64,000 nucleotides of DNA from an uncultured delta proteobacterium (GCA_963716895.1 CAVQUJ010000008.1:828-64827); one strand, 5' to 3'; shown: positions 44,572 to 55,911, counted from the stretch's first letter. Program-made: numbers and translations. Notes: generated by a model from the letters alone, not told the origin.

Positions 44572-45483
44572 ATGCACGGCAGCGGGGCGCGGCTCGCGGC
44601 AACCTACTCGATCGTCGCGCGCGACAGCGCGAGCGGCGAGATCGGGGTCGGCGTGCAGTCCCACTACTTCTCGGTCGGAAGCGCGGTGCCGTGGGCGCAG
44701 CCCGGCGTCGGCGCGGTGGCCACGCAGTCGATCATCGAGATCTCGTACGGCCCGAAGGGGCTCGAGCGCCTGTCGGCCGGTGCGCCGGCACCGGCGGTGC
44801 TGGCCGCGCTCGTCGAGCAGGATCCGGGCGCTGCGCTGCGCCAGGTGGCCGTGATCGATGGGCAGGGGCGCGTCGCCAGTCACTCGGGCGCCCTCTGCAT
44901 CCCCGCCTTCGGCCACGCGCAGGGGGAAGGGTGGAGCGCGCAGGGCAACACCCTCCGCTCCGACGCGGTGTGGCAGGTCATGGGGCCGGCGTTCGAGCGC
45001 AGCCGCGGCTCGCTGGGCGCAAGGCTCCTTGCGGCGCTCGAAGCGGCGGAAGCCGCGGGCGGCGACGTGCGCGGGCGCCAGAGCGCGGCGGTGCTGGTCG
45101 TGGCGGGCGCTCGGCCCGCGAATCCGTGGGAGGGCCGGCTCGTCGACCTGCACGTCGAGCATCACGCGCGCCCCCTGGAGGAGCTGCGCCGCCTGTTCAC
45201 CATCCATCGCGCGCACGAGCTGTTCGACGAAGCGCGGCGCCACTTCGGCAGCGGGGACTTCGAGACGGCGCTCGGCCTGCTCGAGCAGGCCCGCAAGCTC
45301 GATCCGGACGACGTCGAGTTCGCGTTCTGGACGGGGGTGGCCTTCGCGAACGCCGGCCGGCACGAAGAAGCCCGGCGCTGGCTCGCGGAGGCCTTCGCCG
45401 AGGATGCGTCGTGGCGGGAGCTCGCGCGCCGGCTCGCGACGATCGGGCTCTTCTCGGGTGGTCCCGAGCTGATCGAGTCATGA
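44572..45483 (+). CDS. DUF1028 (Ntn-hydrolase-like) protein with C-terminal TPR
   Basis: [40 protein letters not shown]. Confidence 0.88.
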   Translation: MHGSGARLAATYSIVARDSASGEIGVGVQSHYFSVGSAVPWAQPGVGAVATQSIIEISYGPKGLERLSAGAPAPAVLAALVEQDPGAALRQVAVIDGQGRVASHSGALCIPAFGHAQGEGWSAQGNTLRSDAVWQVMGPAFERSRGSLGARLLAALEAAEAAGGDVRGRQSAAVLVVAGARPANPWEGRLVDLHVEHHARPLEELRRLFTIHRAHELFDEARRHFGSGDFETALGLLEQARKLDPDDVEFAFWTGVAFANAGRHEEARRWLAEAFAEDASWRELARRLATIGLFSGGPELIES

Positions 45484-48400
45484 CGGCACCGCTCGGCGCT
45501 CCGCGCGGGAAGCAGATCGCCGCAACGGCCCTGTTCGCCGACCTGGTGGGCTTCGCGGCGCTCGCCGGGGAGTTCGGGACGGAGCGCGCCTACGGGGTCG
45601 TCACGCCTTGTCTGCGCATCCTCGACGAGGTGGTGCGCAAGCACGGCGGCTCCGTCGACAAGTACAGCGGCGACAAGCTGCTCGGCGTGTTCGGCTACCC
45701 GCTCCCGCTCGAGGACCACGCGCTGGCCGCCGCCCGCGCCGCGCTCGAGATGCGCCGGCGCGTGGCGGAGTACGCACGCGAGCTCGGCGTGGACGTCGAG
45801 CTCCACGCGGGCATCAACACGGGCGAGCTCGTGGCGGGAGACATCCGCGGACCCGTGGTGCGCGAGTTCCACGTGCTCGGCGACGTCGTGAACACGGCGG
45901 CGCGACTCAACGCGAAGGCGCCGCCCGGCGCGATCTACGTCGGCGAGGCGACGTTCGAGGCGACGCGGGCGCGTCTCGCGTATCGCACGCTGCCGCCCTT
46001 CGTGCTCAAGGGGAAGAGCCGGCCGGTGCCCGCCTTCGAGCTGCTCGGAGGCGACGCCGTCGCCGTGGGGAGCCTCGGCCACGAGGGCTCGTCCGTTCCG
46101 CTCGTCGGGCGCGAGCGCGAGCTCGTGCAGCTGCGCGAGGCGGCGGTGGAGCTACGCGCGGCCGGGGGTGGCTGCATCGCGCTGGTCGGACCCGAGGGCA
46201 GCGGGAAGTCGCGGCTGCTCGCCGAGCTGGCGCGCTTACCCGAGCTGGCGGGCGCGCGGCTGCTCCAGATCCAATGCGTGCAGATCGATCGGGAGTCGCC
46301 GGGGCGCGCTGCGGCCCAGCTCGCGAGCCGCGTGCTCGGGCAGGAGGTCGAGTCCTTCGAGGGCGTGGCGAAGGCGCTGCCCGCCGTGTTCGCGGAGACG
46401 GCGCGCACGCCCCACGTGCTCGCGCTCGAGGACGCGCACACGCTCGATCGCGAGGCGCTCGCACTCGTCGAGGCGCTGCTGGCGGGGCTCGGGGCGAGCC
46501 GTCTCCTCACCCTGCTGACCTTCCGCGACACCGTCGACGACGGGTACGGACGTCTCGCCGCTGCGGCGCAGCGCGCCGGGGTGGGCTGGCGCGAGCTGGT
46601 GCTCCCGCCGCTCGACGCGCGCGCCTCCGATGCGCTGCTCGATGCGCTGGCGGTCGAAGGCCTCGACGACGACACGCGCGCGCTCGTGCGCGAGCGCGCC
46701 CACGGCAGCCCCGGCCGCCTGTTGCTCGGCGCGTTCGGCGCGGCGGCGCTGCGCTCGGAGCGCGAGCTGGAGCAGCGTGAGGAGAAGCGCCGCCATCGCT
46801 CGCGCGAGGCCGAGCGGCGCCGCGCGGCGGTGCTGTTCGCCGACATCAGCGGCTTCACGGCGATGACCGAGAGCGCGGGCGCCGAGAAGGCGTATCCGAT
46901 CGTGGCCGGCGCGCTCGCGCTCCTCGACGAGGTCGCGCGACGCCACGGCGGCACCGTCGACAATTACCTCGGCGACTGCGTGATGGCGCTGTTCGGCGTG
47001 CCGGAGGCGATCGAGGACGCGCCGCGCGCGGCGGTGAACGCCGCGATCGAGATGCGCGAGCGCATCGCGCGCTACAACGACGAGCTCGCGCTCGAGCCGC
47101 GGCTCTCCGTCCACTCGGCATCGCCACCGGCCTCGGCATCGCGGGCGACGTCAGCGGCCCGCTGATCCGCGAGTTCGCGGTGATGGGCGAGCACGTCGAT
47201 CGTGCGGACGAGCTCACCCACGTGGCCGAGCGCGGCGAGATCTACGTGGACGTCGAGACGCACCGCTTCACCGCGCCCGTGTTCGACTTCGCCCCGGGCC
47301 GCGAGCTGCGCCTGCGCGACCGGCCGAGCCGGCTCCCTGCTACGAGGTGCGCTCGCGCCAGACGCGCGTGCACCGCGCGCGGCTCGGGCACGAGCGCCAC
47401 GTCTTCTCCGAGCTGGTCGGACGCGAGACCGAGCTCAGCGCGCTCCGGGCCGCGCTCGCGGCGCTGCACGCCGGGCGCGGCGGCATCGTCCAGCTCGTCG
47501 CCGAGGCGGGCGTCGGGAAGTCGCGTCTCGTGACGGAGCTCGCGAATGACGACGCGGCGCACGGCGTCCGCTGGCTGCTCGGCCGCTCGCTCTCGACCGG
47601 GCGGAACGTCGCGTTTCACCCGTTCGCGGATCTGCTCCGCAGCTGGGCGGGCGGCAGCGACGACGAGACGGAAGCCGAGGAGAGCGCACGGATCGCGGAG
47701 GCCGCCGGCGCGCTCGCGCCCGACCTCGCGCCCGAGATCCTGCCCTTCCTGCTGCGCATGCAGGGCCTGCCGCTCGCGCCGGCCGACGAGCGCCGTCTCG
47801 CGGAGATGCCGCCGGACGCGCTCGAGCGCATGACGCGCCGGGCCGTCGCGGAGGTGCTGCGCCGGGAGGCCCGCGCGAGGCCGCTGCTGGTCGTGATGGA
47901 CGATCTGCACTGGGCGGACCAGTCGTCGCTCGAGCTGCTCGAAGCGCTGCTGGCGACTGGTCGAGGAGGAACGCCTGCTGTTCCTGCTGGCGGCGCGACC
48001 GGGCTGGGCCGACAGCGCGGGCCGCATCCGCAGCCGCGCGCGCGAGGCGCATGGGGAGCGGTACGTCGAGCTCGTGCTCGCGCCGCTCGGGCCCGACGCG
48101 GTGCGTCGCATGGTGCGCAACCTGTTCCGCGGCGGCGACGTCCCCTATGCCACGCGCACGCTGATCGAGGAGCGCGCTCACGGCAATCCGTTCTACCTCG
48201 AGGAGGTGGTGCGCGCGCTGGTGGACCAGGGGGCGGTCGAGTATCGCGACGGCGCCTTCCACGCCACGCACGCGCTCGACAGTGCGGACATCCCCGGCAC
48301 GATCCAGGAAGTCGTGATGGCGCGCGTGGACCGGCTGCCGCCGGAGCGCAAGGCGCTGCTCCAGGTCGCCGCGGTCGTGGGCGGGAGCTTCCACACCGCG

Positions 48401-50179
48401 GTGCTCGAGGAAATGGGCGTGGCGAAGGGCGAGCTGGCCGCCTTGCTCGCCGAGCTGTGCGAGGGCGAGTTCCTCGTTCCGTCGGATCGCCTCCGCGGCG
48501 AGGAGCACTCGTTCAAGCACCCGCTGATCCAGGAGGTGACGTACGACTCGCTGCTGAAGGAGCGCCGGGAGGCGTTGCACCTCGCCGCCGGCGAGGCGAT
48601 CGAGAGGCGGCTGCTCGGCGCGGCAGCCGGCGTCGATGCCATGCTCGCCTACCACTTCGGGCGGGGCGGCGCACCGGAGCGCGCCGAGGAGTACCTGTTC
48701 CGCGCCGGCGACGAAGCCGCGCGCGCCGCGGCCTCGAGCGAGGCGCTGCACTTCTTCCAGGAGGCGTCCGAGCTCTATCTGAGACTGCACGGCGAGGGCG
48801 GGGATCCGCGCAAGCAGGCGCGGCTCGAGAAGAGCGTGGCGCTCGCGCTGTTCAACCGCGGCCGCGAGCCGGAAGCGGTGCCGCACTTCGACCGCGCCCT
48901 CGAGCATCTCGGCGTCCCGATCGCGAAGAGCGCGCTGGCCGCGCAGCTCCGCTTCGGGGGCGATCTCGCGCGCGTGCTGCTGCGGCTCTACCTGCCCCTC
49001 GGGAGCCGGCAGCGTCCGGCGGGCGAGCGGGAGCGCGAGGTCGTCGAGATCATGTTCCGCCGCGCGCTCGCCCAGACCACCGCCGACCCGACGCGCTTCC
49101 TCTTCGACAGCATGGCCACGCTGCGCCGGATCGTGCGCCTGGATGCCCGCACGATCCCGAGCGCGGGGCGCAACTACGCGGGTAGCGTCGGCATCTTCTC
49201 GTACGGCGGCGTCTCCTTCGGCATCGGACGCCGCTTCCTCGCGGAGGCCGAGCCGCTGCTGGAAGGGCAGCCGGACGCGCAGGACTACCTCTACTACCGC
49301 TGCATGCGGTTCATCCATCACTTCCTGGCGGGCGACTGGTCGGAGGCGCACGAAGTCTCCGAAGACGTCCTCGACGCGCACGTGCGCGCGGGCCACCTGT
49401 GGGAGGTGGCGGCCTACCTGGGACTGCTCGGCGAGAAGCGGATCCGTTGCGGGGACTTCGCGGGCTTCCAGCAGGTGCTGCGCCGCAACGACGAGCTCGT
49501 GGAGGGCTTCGGCTACCAGGACGCGCGTCTCGGCGGGATGGGCGACCAGGTGTACCTGCTGCTGGAGCAAGGGCGCTTCGAGGAGGCGGTGGGGGCGGCC
49601 GACGCCTACCAAGAGGAGAGCCCGCAGGCCCTGCTGCACGTGCTCGCGCTCGGTGCGCGGGCCGAGGCGCAGGCGCGGGCCGGGGCGCTCGACGAAGCCG
49701 CCCGCACCCTGGCCCGCGGCGACTCCGTGCTGGCTGCCATGGGACTCGGCCAGGCGATCCCGTACCACGTGAGCTTCTTCCACACCGCGCGGTACCTGTT
49801 CGACGTCACCGCGCTGGAGGCCTCGGGCAAAGCCGAGCGCGGGCTCCGCCGAAGCCGGAGCAAGGCCCTCGGCACGGTCGCGAAGGTGGCCTCGCGGCGC
49901 CCGCAGGTCTACCGGCTCGCGGGACGAGAGGCCTGGCTGCGGGGGCGGCGCGGGGCCGCGACGCGCTGGTGGGCGCGCTCCCTCGCGGAAGCCGAGCGCC
50001 TCGGCGCCCGCCCCGAGCTCGCGCGAACCCTTCACGAGCTCGGGATCCGGCTGTCACCCGAGGAGCCTGCTCCCGGCGGCCGGACCGGCGCACAATGCCT
50101 CGCCGAGGCGGCCGCTCTCTACCGGGAGCTGCACCTCGAGCGGGACCTCGAAAATCTCGAGAAGCGAGCGCCCGCCTGA
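45480..50179 (+). CDS. Tandem class III cyclase-AAA/STAND-cyclase-AAA/STAND-TPR protein (frameshifts near 47115, 47340, 47960)
   Basis: FADLVGF/DKYSGD/NTAARL, GRERE..GPEGSGKS..LED, FADISGF/DNYLGD, GRETE..AEAGVGKS..DDLHWAD, GNPFYLEE, FKHPLIQEV.Y. Confidence 0.8.
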
Positions 50180-50315
50180 GCCCAGGCGGGCTGGTTTCGA
50201 GGGCCTCGGGGAAGAAGCCCCCAAAATAGGGGTTGAGGCCGCCGCCCGGACCCAGGGAGAATGCGCGGATTACCACGCTGTTCCTGCTGGGGTGCCCCCG
50301 GTCGAGGAGGCCACC

Positions 50316-53300
50316 ATGCTCTCGGTGTTTCACCGTACGCGGATCGCGGCGGTTTCTTGTCTGTTCTTCGCCGTAGCCGTGCTGGCTCCGCATGCCGCGT
50401 GGGCGCCGAGCTGCAACGTGATCGACTTCAGCGCGGTGAAGCAGCGCACCCAGACCGTCATCGGGGGCAACACCATCTCGACGCTCGTCGCGAGTCCGAT
50501 CGCGGCGCCCGGTGACGCCGTGCTGCTCGAAGCCGACTTCGGCTGCAAAGTGGGGACGGGCTTCGATCCGAATCCCTTGCTGAACACGGTGACGGTGGAG
50601 GTGCAGAAGTCCGTCGTCGGTGCGAACGGCCATGCGCTGTTCGCGGATCCGGGCCTCGCGACCTCGTTCGCGAGCTTCGTGGTGGCGAGCGCGAGCGTGA
50701 AGGTGCTCGACTGCCCGCCCGGGCTCGGCTGCAACGCGCTCCAGTTCACGATGCCCGACTCCGGCTTCGCCGGGCCGGCGCGCATCACCGTGACCCGCGC
50801 CGGTCAGGTGGTGGCCCGCATCTTCGAGATCGCGACGCGCACGGGATCGTGCGACGTCGACGCGCCCGACAGGCTGTTCGAGACGTTCACGCTGCTGCCG
50901 CCGCACAACGTGCTGCAGGCATCCGAGACGGGCGCCGCGAACCCGGCGCTGCGCGGCGCGCTCGCCGGCAACGGCAGCCTGCTGATCCCGCTCCAGCACG
51001 TCATCTTCGGCGCGGCGAGCGTGATCGCGACGGCGACCACGGCTACCGGCCCGGAGCTCGACAAGATCCCGAACGGGCGCTTCCTGCGCGCGCTGAACCA
51101 CCTCGGGCGGCCGCTGCCCGCGATCCACCGCCTGATTCCGTTCGGCGCCGGCAAGGCGCTCTTCTCCACTGCAGACGTCGAGCGCTCGACGCTGCAGGTG
51201 CTGCAGGTCGATCCGGACGGACTGAGCACAGACGTCTATCCAGACGACTTCCACGACTTCCGGATCGGCGTGACGGCGCCCGGCGGCAGCGCCGCGCCGG
51301 TGCAGTTTCCGAACCCTGTGATCGTCAAGTTCGAGAGCGCCTCCCCGCTCGTCTCGCTGCGCTTCAACGAGCAGACCGTCGCGGTCGGCGTGAGCGAGGA
51401 GCTGCTCGGCGACCTGAACGCGGACACGGACTCCTCCGACCTGCTGCTCTCGGCCACCGATCTGGCGTCGGGCAAGATGACGGAGACCGGCCAGGCCATC
51501 GCGCGGATCGCGGCGTCCCCGCGCGTGCCCGTCGTGTCGGTGGGTGGCGACGTCGTCGCGTTCCTCGAGTCCGAGGCGCTGTCGGCACACCGCGATCTGA
51601 ACGGCGACGGCGAGGTCGACGACCAGGTGGCCCGGATCGTGAAGGCTGCGGTGCCGCTGAACCCCGGCGTGCCCGTCAACACCAGCGCGGCACCGGAGCG
51701 CGCCATCGACGGCAGCCAGCTCGCCATCTCGCAGGATCTCGTGTTCTTCCGCACGCCGGAGAACGCCACCGCGCCGCACACCACCGTGCGCGTGAGCGAC
51801 GTCAACGGCATGGGTGGCAACGGCGCTTCCGACGAGCCCAGCATCGACGGCTCCGGCTCGCACGTGGCCTTCGCCACGCGTGCGTCCAATCTCGTGGGCG
51901 GCACGAGCGGCGCGCATCGCCAGATCGTCGTCACGGATCGCTTCTCCGGCGCGCACACGCTGGTGAGCGCAGGCAGCGGCGGCGAGGGCAACGCCGACTC
52001 CTTCGAACCGGCTCTCAGCCCGGACGGCACACACGTCGCCTTCACCTCCGCCGCGGCGAACCTGGCTGCGGGAGCGCAGGTGGTGTGGGAGCACGGCGTG
52101 GACGTCCACGGCTATTCACTCGGCCTCTCCTTCGCGACCCTCTCCTTCGCGACCTTCGGCCTCGCTCCGGGCGTGGACGACGTGCCCGGCGTCGACTACT
52201 CGCCGTGCACCGCGTCGTCGCCCGGGATCTCGTTCAGCTTCGCCCACGACGGCAGCGTCACCGGCAGCCTGGGGACCTCGAGCAGCGGCGCCTGCGCGTT
52301 CAGCGCGCAATTCTTCGGCACGTACTCGCTCTCGCCAGGCCCCCTGCACGTCGGGAGCATCATCACCGTCGATGCCGCGCTGACCTCGTTCAGCGGCGTG
52401 CCGCCGCTGCCGGAGCAGCTCACCGGCCTGCGTCTGTTCTCGGTGAATACCGTCTCGAGAGTGAACGGGCTGTCCTTCGATTTCGTCGGCGGCTTCGAGC
52501 TCGTCGCCAACGCCGGCGTCGCGAGCGAGGCGGCGCAGGTCTACGCACGTGCGGTCGGCGCAGGCGCCCCGCTCGAGCTCGTGAGCGTGGCCGACGGCGG
52601 CGGTGCCGGCGACGGCGCCTCTGGCGGGCCTGCCATCAGCGCAGGCGGCGCACGGGTGGCCTTCGCATCGCTGGCCGAGAACCTGGTTCCCGACGACGGC
52701 AACGGTGTGTCCGACGTCTTCGTTCGCGACCTCGACGGCGAGCTCACCGAGCGCGTGAGCCTCGCGAACGGCGGAGCCGAGGCCGACGGCGCCTCGCTGG
52801 CTCCCGCCATCACGCCGGACGGCGGCCTCGTGGCGTTCGCGTCGGAAGCCTCGAACCTGGTCGGGCCCGGCGCCGACACGAATGGCGCCAGCGACGTGTT
52901 CGTGCGCGATCTCGCGGCCGCGACCACCGAGCGCGTGAGCGTGCCCGCCCCCGGCGGCTCGGCGAGCGGGGCGTCGGCGGCGCCGGACGTGAGTGACGAC
53001 GGCCGCTTCGTGGCGTTCGAGTCGGCAGCCAGCCTCGTGCCCGAGGACAGCAACGGACTGGTCGACGTGTACGTGCGCGACCGCCTCGAGCAGAGCACGG
53101 AACGCGTGAGCGTGGCGAGCGGCGGCGAGCAGGCCGACGACGGGTCCTTCGGCGCCTCGATCAGCGGCGACGGGAGCTTCGTGGTGTTCACTTCGCTGGC
53201 CGGCAACCTCGTGCCCGGCACGCCCAGCGGCGCGAACGTGTACCGGCGCAATCGCCTGACCGGAACGGTCGAATGGCTGAGCGTCGGAGCCGCCGCCGGC

Positions 53301-55145
53301 AACACCAGCGCCACGCCCGATGCGAACACCAACGGCCTCTCCGTCGCCTTCGCGTCGAACGCCTCGCTGGTGATGAACGATTCGCCGACGCTGGACGTGT
53401 TCGTGCGCGAGACCGGCTGGGGCGACGACCTGAACGACGACGGCGACACGATCGACTCGCTGCTCCAGGCGTTCGCGGCCGACGATCCGCTGCCGGGGCT
53501 GCGGCCGGGTGCGCGCGTCGCGGCGGCGTTCGCGACGACCGGCTTCGGGCGGGCGCTGGTGGGCGTGCCCGAGGCGTCCCAGGGCGGCGCGAACCGCAAC
53601 GCGACGAGCCGGATCGTGGGAGCCGCCGCCGACGGCGACAGCGACGCCCTCGACACGGTGCTCGCACTCTACGACGGCGCGAGTGACCAGCTCCAGAACC
53701 TGGGCGTGGCCGGGAAGGGCGGGGCCGTCTCGGACGTCGCGCTCTGCGCCCTCGTCGACGAGGCCCAGCAGAACGGGGCGGACTTGAACGGAGACGGCGA
53801 CCACGACGACGCGGTCCTCGTCACCGGCGAGCTCGCGACGCTGCTCGCCTCGCCCGGCTCGAAGGCGCTCACCAACACGGGCATCGCGGCGAGCCAGACG
53901 CTCGCCGCCTCCTCGCTGTGCGTGTTCCTCGCCAAGGACGCGGGCAACGTGCTCGAGTTCTACGACGTGCACACGGGCGCGGTGGTGAGCACGGGCCTGC
54001 CGGCCACGCGCTTCATGGTCGGGCCCGAGCAGAACCTGGTGGCCTTCCGCGTCCCGGAGGCGGGCATCGGCGACCTGAACAACGACCGCGACACGAACGA
54101 CGAGGTGATGCACCTCGTCTCCACCTCCGCCGTGTTCGGGGCGGCGAACGGCGCGGTGATCACGGCGCAGGTGGCGAACCTGGGCCTGCAGGGCGTGGAC
54201 TGCGATCTGCCGGCCTGCCTCGCCCTCCCGCTGGGCTCGATCCTGGGCGATGGGAGCGTGTCGTTCCTCGGCACCGAGCCGGGGCAGACGCGCGATCCCG
54301 ACAACTGCCTCAAGACGAACAGCGTCGGGTGCGACTTCAACGGGGACGCGGACGCGATCGACACGGTCGTCCACCTGGTGCGGACGCGCCCGGCGAGCTC
54401 GCCGCCCGAGGTGACGGCGCAAGGCACCGTGGCGCTCTCCTCGATGGGCACGCAGGACGCGAGCCCGTTCCCGGTGGAGGCACCGAACGGTCTCGTCCAC
54501 ACCCTGCAGATCACGGAGTGCGAAGCCGCCCAGCTCGCCTGCCCCGAGACGCGCGCCAAGCCGCCGCAGAACGGGCGGATCGGGCCGCCGCTCACGTACT
54601 GCGAGTCGCGCTACGACACGGACTTCTCGGGCGACCTCGATTGCGCGACGTTGCGCAACTTCGTCGGCGTGGACACCGACGCGGACGACATCCCCGACTG
54701 GTTCGACCCGGCGGAGCTCGTCGCCAATCCGTCACCGGAGGACCGCGACGGCGACGGCGTCAGCGATGACATCGACCGGATGCCGGACAGCACGCCCCCG
54801 TGCGAGCAGAGCTGCGACCTGAACGAGGACCACAGCATCGACAAGCGCGACGTCGACGCGATCCTCGGCGCCGCGGCGGCGGGTGGGCAGGTCCAGGGCG
54901 GGGCGCTCAGCCCGGAGTGCAGCGACCGGCGCGATCGCAACGGCGACCGCCGGATCACCTTCCTCGACGCGTCGCTGTGCAAGGCCGCCTGCGATCGGCC
55001 CGACTGCTCGCCGCCGCCTCCGCCTCCGGCCCCCGCGCCGCTGGCGCCGGCCGCGGGCGCTCCGGCGTGCGGCATCGGCGGCGAGCTGGCGCTGCTGCTG
55101 CCCGCGCTGCTGGCGGCACGCCGCTGGAAGCATCGCAAGCCCTAG
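50316..55145 (+). CDS. Giant secreted surface protein: TolB/PD40-like propeller repeats, many DxNxDG Ca-binding loops, dockerin-like domain, Cys-containing C-terminal sorting tail
   Basis: RBS GAGGAGG, signal peptide, repeated S..G..VAF.S.A.NLV..D.NG..DVFVRD units, C-terminal CGIGGELALLLPALLAARRWKHRKP. Confidence 0.8.
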   Translation: MLSVFHRTRIAAVSCLFFAVAVLAPHAAWAPSCNVIDFSAVKQRTQTVIGGNTISTLVASPIAAPGDAVLLEADFGCKVGTGFDPNPLLNTVTVEVQKSVVGANGHALFADPGLATSFASFVVASASVKVLDCPPGLGCNALQFTMPDSGFAGPARITVTRAGQVVARIFEIATRTGSCDVDAPDRLFETFTLLPPHNVLQASETGAANPALRGALAGNGSLLIPLQHVIFGAASVIATATTATGPELDKIPNGRFLRALNHLGRPLPAIHRLIPFGAGKALFSTADVERSTLQVLQVDPDGLSTDVYPDDFHDFRIGVTAPGGSAAPVQFPNPVIVKFESASPLVSLRFNEQTVAVGVSEELLGDLNADTDSSDLLLSATDLASGKMTETGQAIARIAASPRVPVVSVGGDVVAFLESEALSAHRDLNGDGEVDDQVARIVKAAVPLNPGVPVNTSAAPERAIDGSQLAISQDLVFFRTPENATAPHTTVRVSDVNGMGGNGASDEPSIDGSGSHVAFATRASNLVGGTSGAHRQIVVTDRFSGAHTLVSAGSGGEGNADSFEPALSPDGTHVAFTSAAANLAAGAQVVWEHGVDVHGYSLGLSFATLSFATFGLAPGVDDVPGVDYSPCTASSPGISFSFAHDGSVTGSLGTSSSGACAFSAQFFGTYSLSPGPLHVGSIITVDAALTSFSGVPPLPEQLTGLRLFSVNTVSRVNGLSFDFVGGFELVANAGVASEAAQVYARAVGAGAPLELVSVADGGGAGDGASGGPAISAGGARVAFASLAENLVPDDGNGVSDVFVRDLDGELTERVSLANGGAEADGASLAPAITPDGGLVAFASEASNLVGPGADTNGASDVFVRDLAAATTERVSVPAPGGSASGASAAPDVSDDGRFVAFESAASLVPEDSNGLVDVYVRDRLEQSTERVSVASGGEQADDGSFGASISGDGSFVVFTSLAGNLVPGTPSGANVYRRNRLTGTVEWLSVGAAAGNTSATPDANTNGLSVAFASNASLVMNDSPTLDVFVRETGWGDDLNDDGDTIDSLLQAFAADDPLPGLRPGARVAAAFATTGFGRALVGVPEASQGGANRNATSRIVGAAADGDSDALDTVLALYDGASDQLQNLGVAGKGGAVSDVALCALVDEAQQNGADLNGDGDHDDAVLVTGELATLLASPGSKALTNTGIAASQTLAASSLCVFLAKDAGNVLEFYDVHTGAVVSTGLPATRFMVGPEQNLVAFRVPEAGIGDLNNDRDTNDEVMHLVSTSAVFGAANGAVITAQVANLGLQGVDCDLPACLALPLGSILGDGSVSFLGTEPGQTRDPDNCLKTNSVGCDFNGDADAIDTVVHLVRTRPASSPPEVTAQGTVALSSMGTQDASPFPVEAPNGLVHTLQITECEAAQLACPETRAKPPQNGRIGPPLTYCESRYDTDFSGDLDCATLRNFVGVDTDADDIPDWFDPAELVANPSPEDRDGDGVSDDIDRMPDSTPPCEQSCDLNEDHSIDKRDVDAILGAAAAGGQVQGGALSPECSDRRDRNGDRRITFLDASLCKAACDRPDCSPPPPPPAPAPLAPAAGAPACGIGGELALLLPALLAARRWKHRKP

Positions 55146-55223
55146 GGAACGGAGTTGCCCAAAAATAGAAGAAGTTTCGCGGTGTGGTCCGCAGATCACC
55201 GCGATCTCCCAGGGTTTTTCGGC

Positions 55224-55239
55224 CGGCACGTGTCTTGCT
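55224..55239 (+). promoter_or_regulatory. Sigma-54 (-24/-12) promoter
   Basis: CGGCACGTGTCTTGCT has GG-N10-GC with GGCAC and TTGC, ~50 bp upstream of the PEP-CTERM gene. Confidence 0.7.
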
Positions 55240-55287
55240 CCGTCGGTCGCCGAGCCTGGGGAGGGACTCTCAGGGAAGGGGTCTATC

Positions 55288-55911
55288 GTGAAGCGGCTGT
55301 GGAAGCTGTTGTGCTTGACGCTCGCGTTGCTCGGGGGCGTCTCCCCCGCTGCCGCTTTGCCCCTGACGCTCAGCCTCGTTGCGTCGGACACGAGCCTCGT
55401 CGCCGGGCAGAGCTTCACGGTCACCGTCGTCGTGGGCGGGTTGACCGAGTTCGACGGCGACGTCGTGCAGGAGATCGCGCTCGAGAGCTTCGACCTGAGC
55501 CTCCAGTTCGACACGGGCCGTCTCCAGTTCACGTCGCTGGCCTTCGGCGGCAGCCTCGGGGATCCGAACGACGCGTTCGAGACGTTCCTGAGCGGGCCGG
55601 GCAATCCGAATGGCACCGGCGTCGTGTCGCTGGGCGAGTTCTCCTTCCTGACCGAGTCCCAGCTCCTCACCTTGCAGAACGCACCCTTCACGCTCGCCAC
55701 GATCGGGCTGCAGGCGTACGAGACCGTCGGCGGCACCCAGCTCCAGCTCATCAACCTGGGCGCGAGCTCGCTCGGCGGCGTCGCCGGCCGGCCGCTCGGC
55801 AACCTGCTCCAGGCGCCGAGCGCGCTGCTCGTGACGGTCGTGCCCGAGCCGGCCACGGCGGCGCTCGGGCTCTTGACCCTGGCGCTGCTCGCGCGCCGCG
55901 CCCGCGCCTGA
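55288..55911 (+). CDS. PEP-CTERM protein with cohesin-like domain
   Basis: Signal peptide, G.SFTV.V.V..L...FDL.LQFD...L......G..LG, FTLAT, and terminal VPEP-TM-RRARA. Confidence 0.85.
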   Translation: MKRLWKLLCLTLALLGGVSPAAALPLTLSLVASDTSLVAGQSFTVTVVVGGLTEFDGDVVQEIALESFDLSLQFDTGRLQFTSLAFGGSLGDPNDAFETFLSGPGNPNGTGVVSLGEFSFLTESQLLTLQNAPFTLATIGLQAYETVGGTQLQLINLGASSLGGVAGRPLGNLLQAPSALLVTVVPEPATAALGLLTLALLARRARA

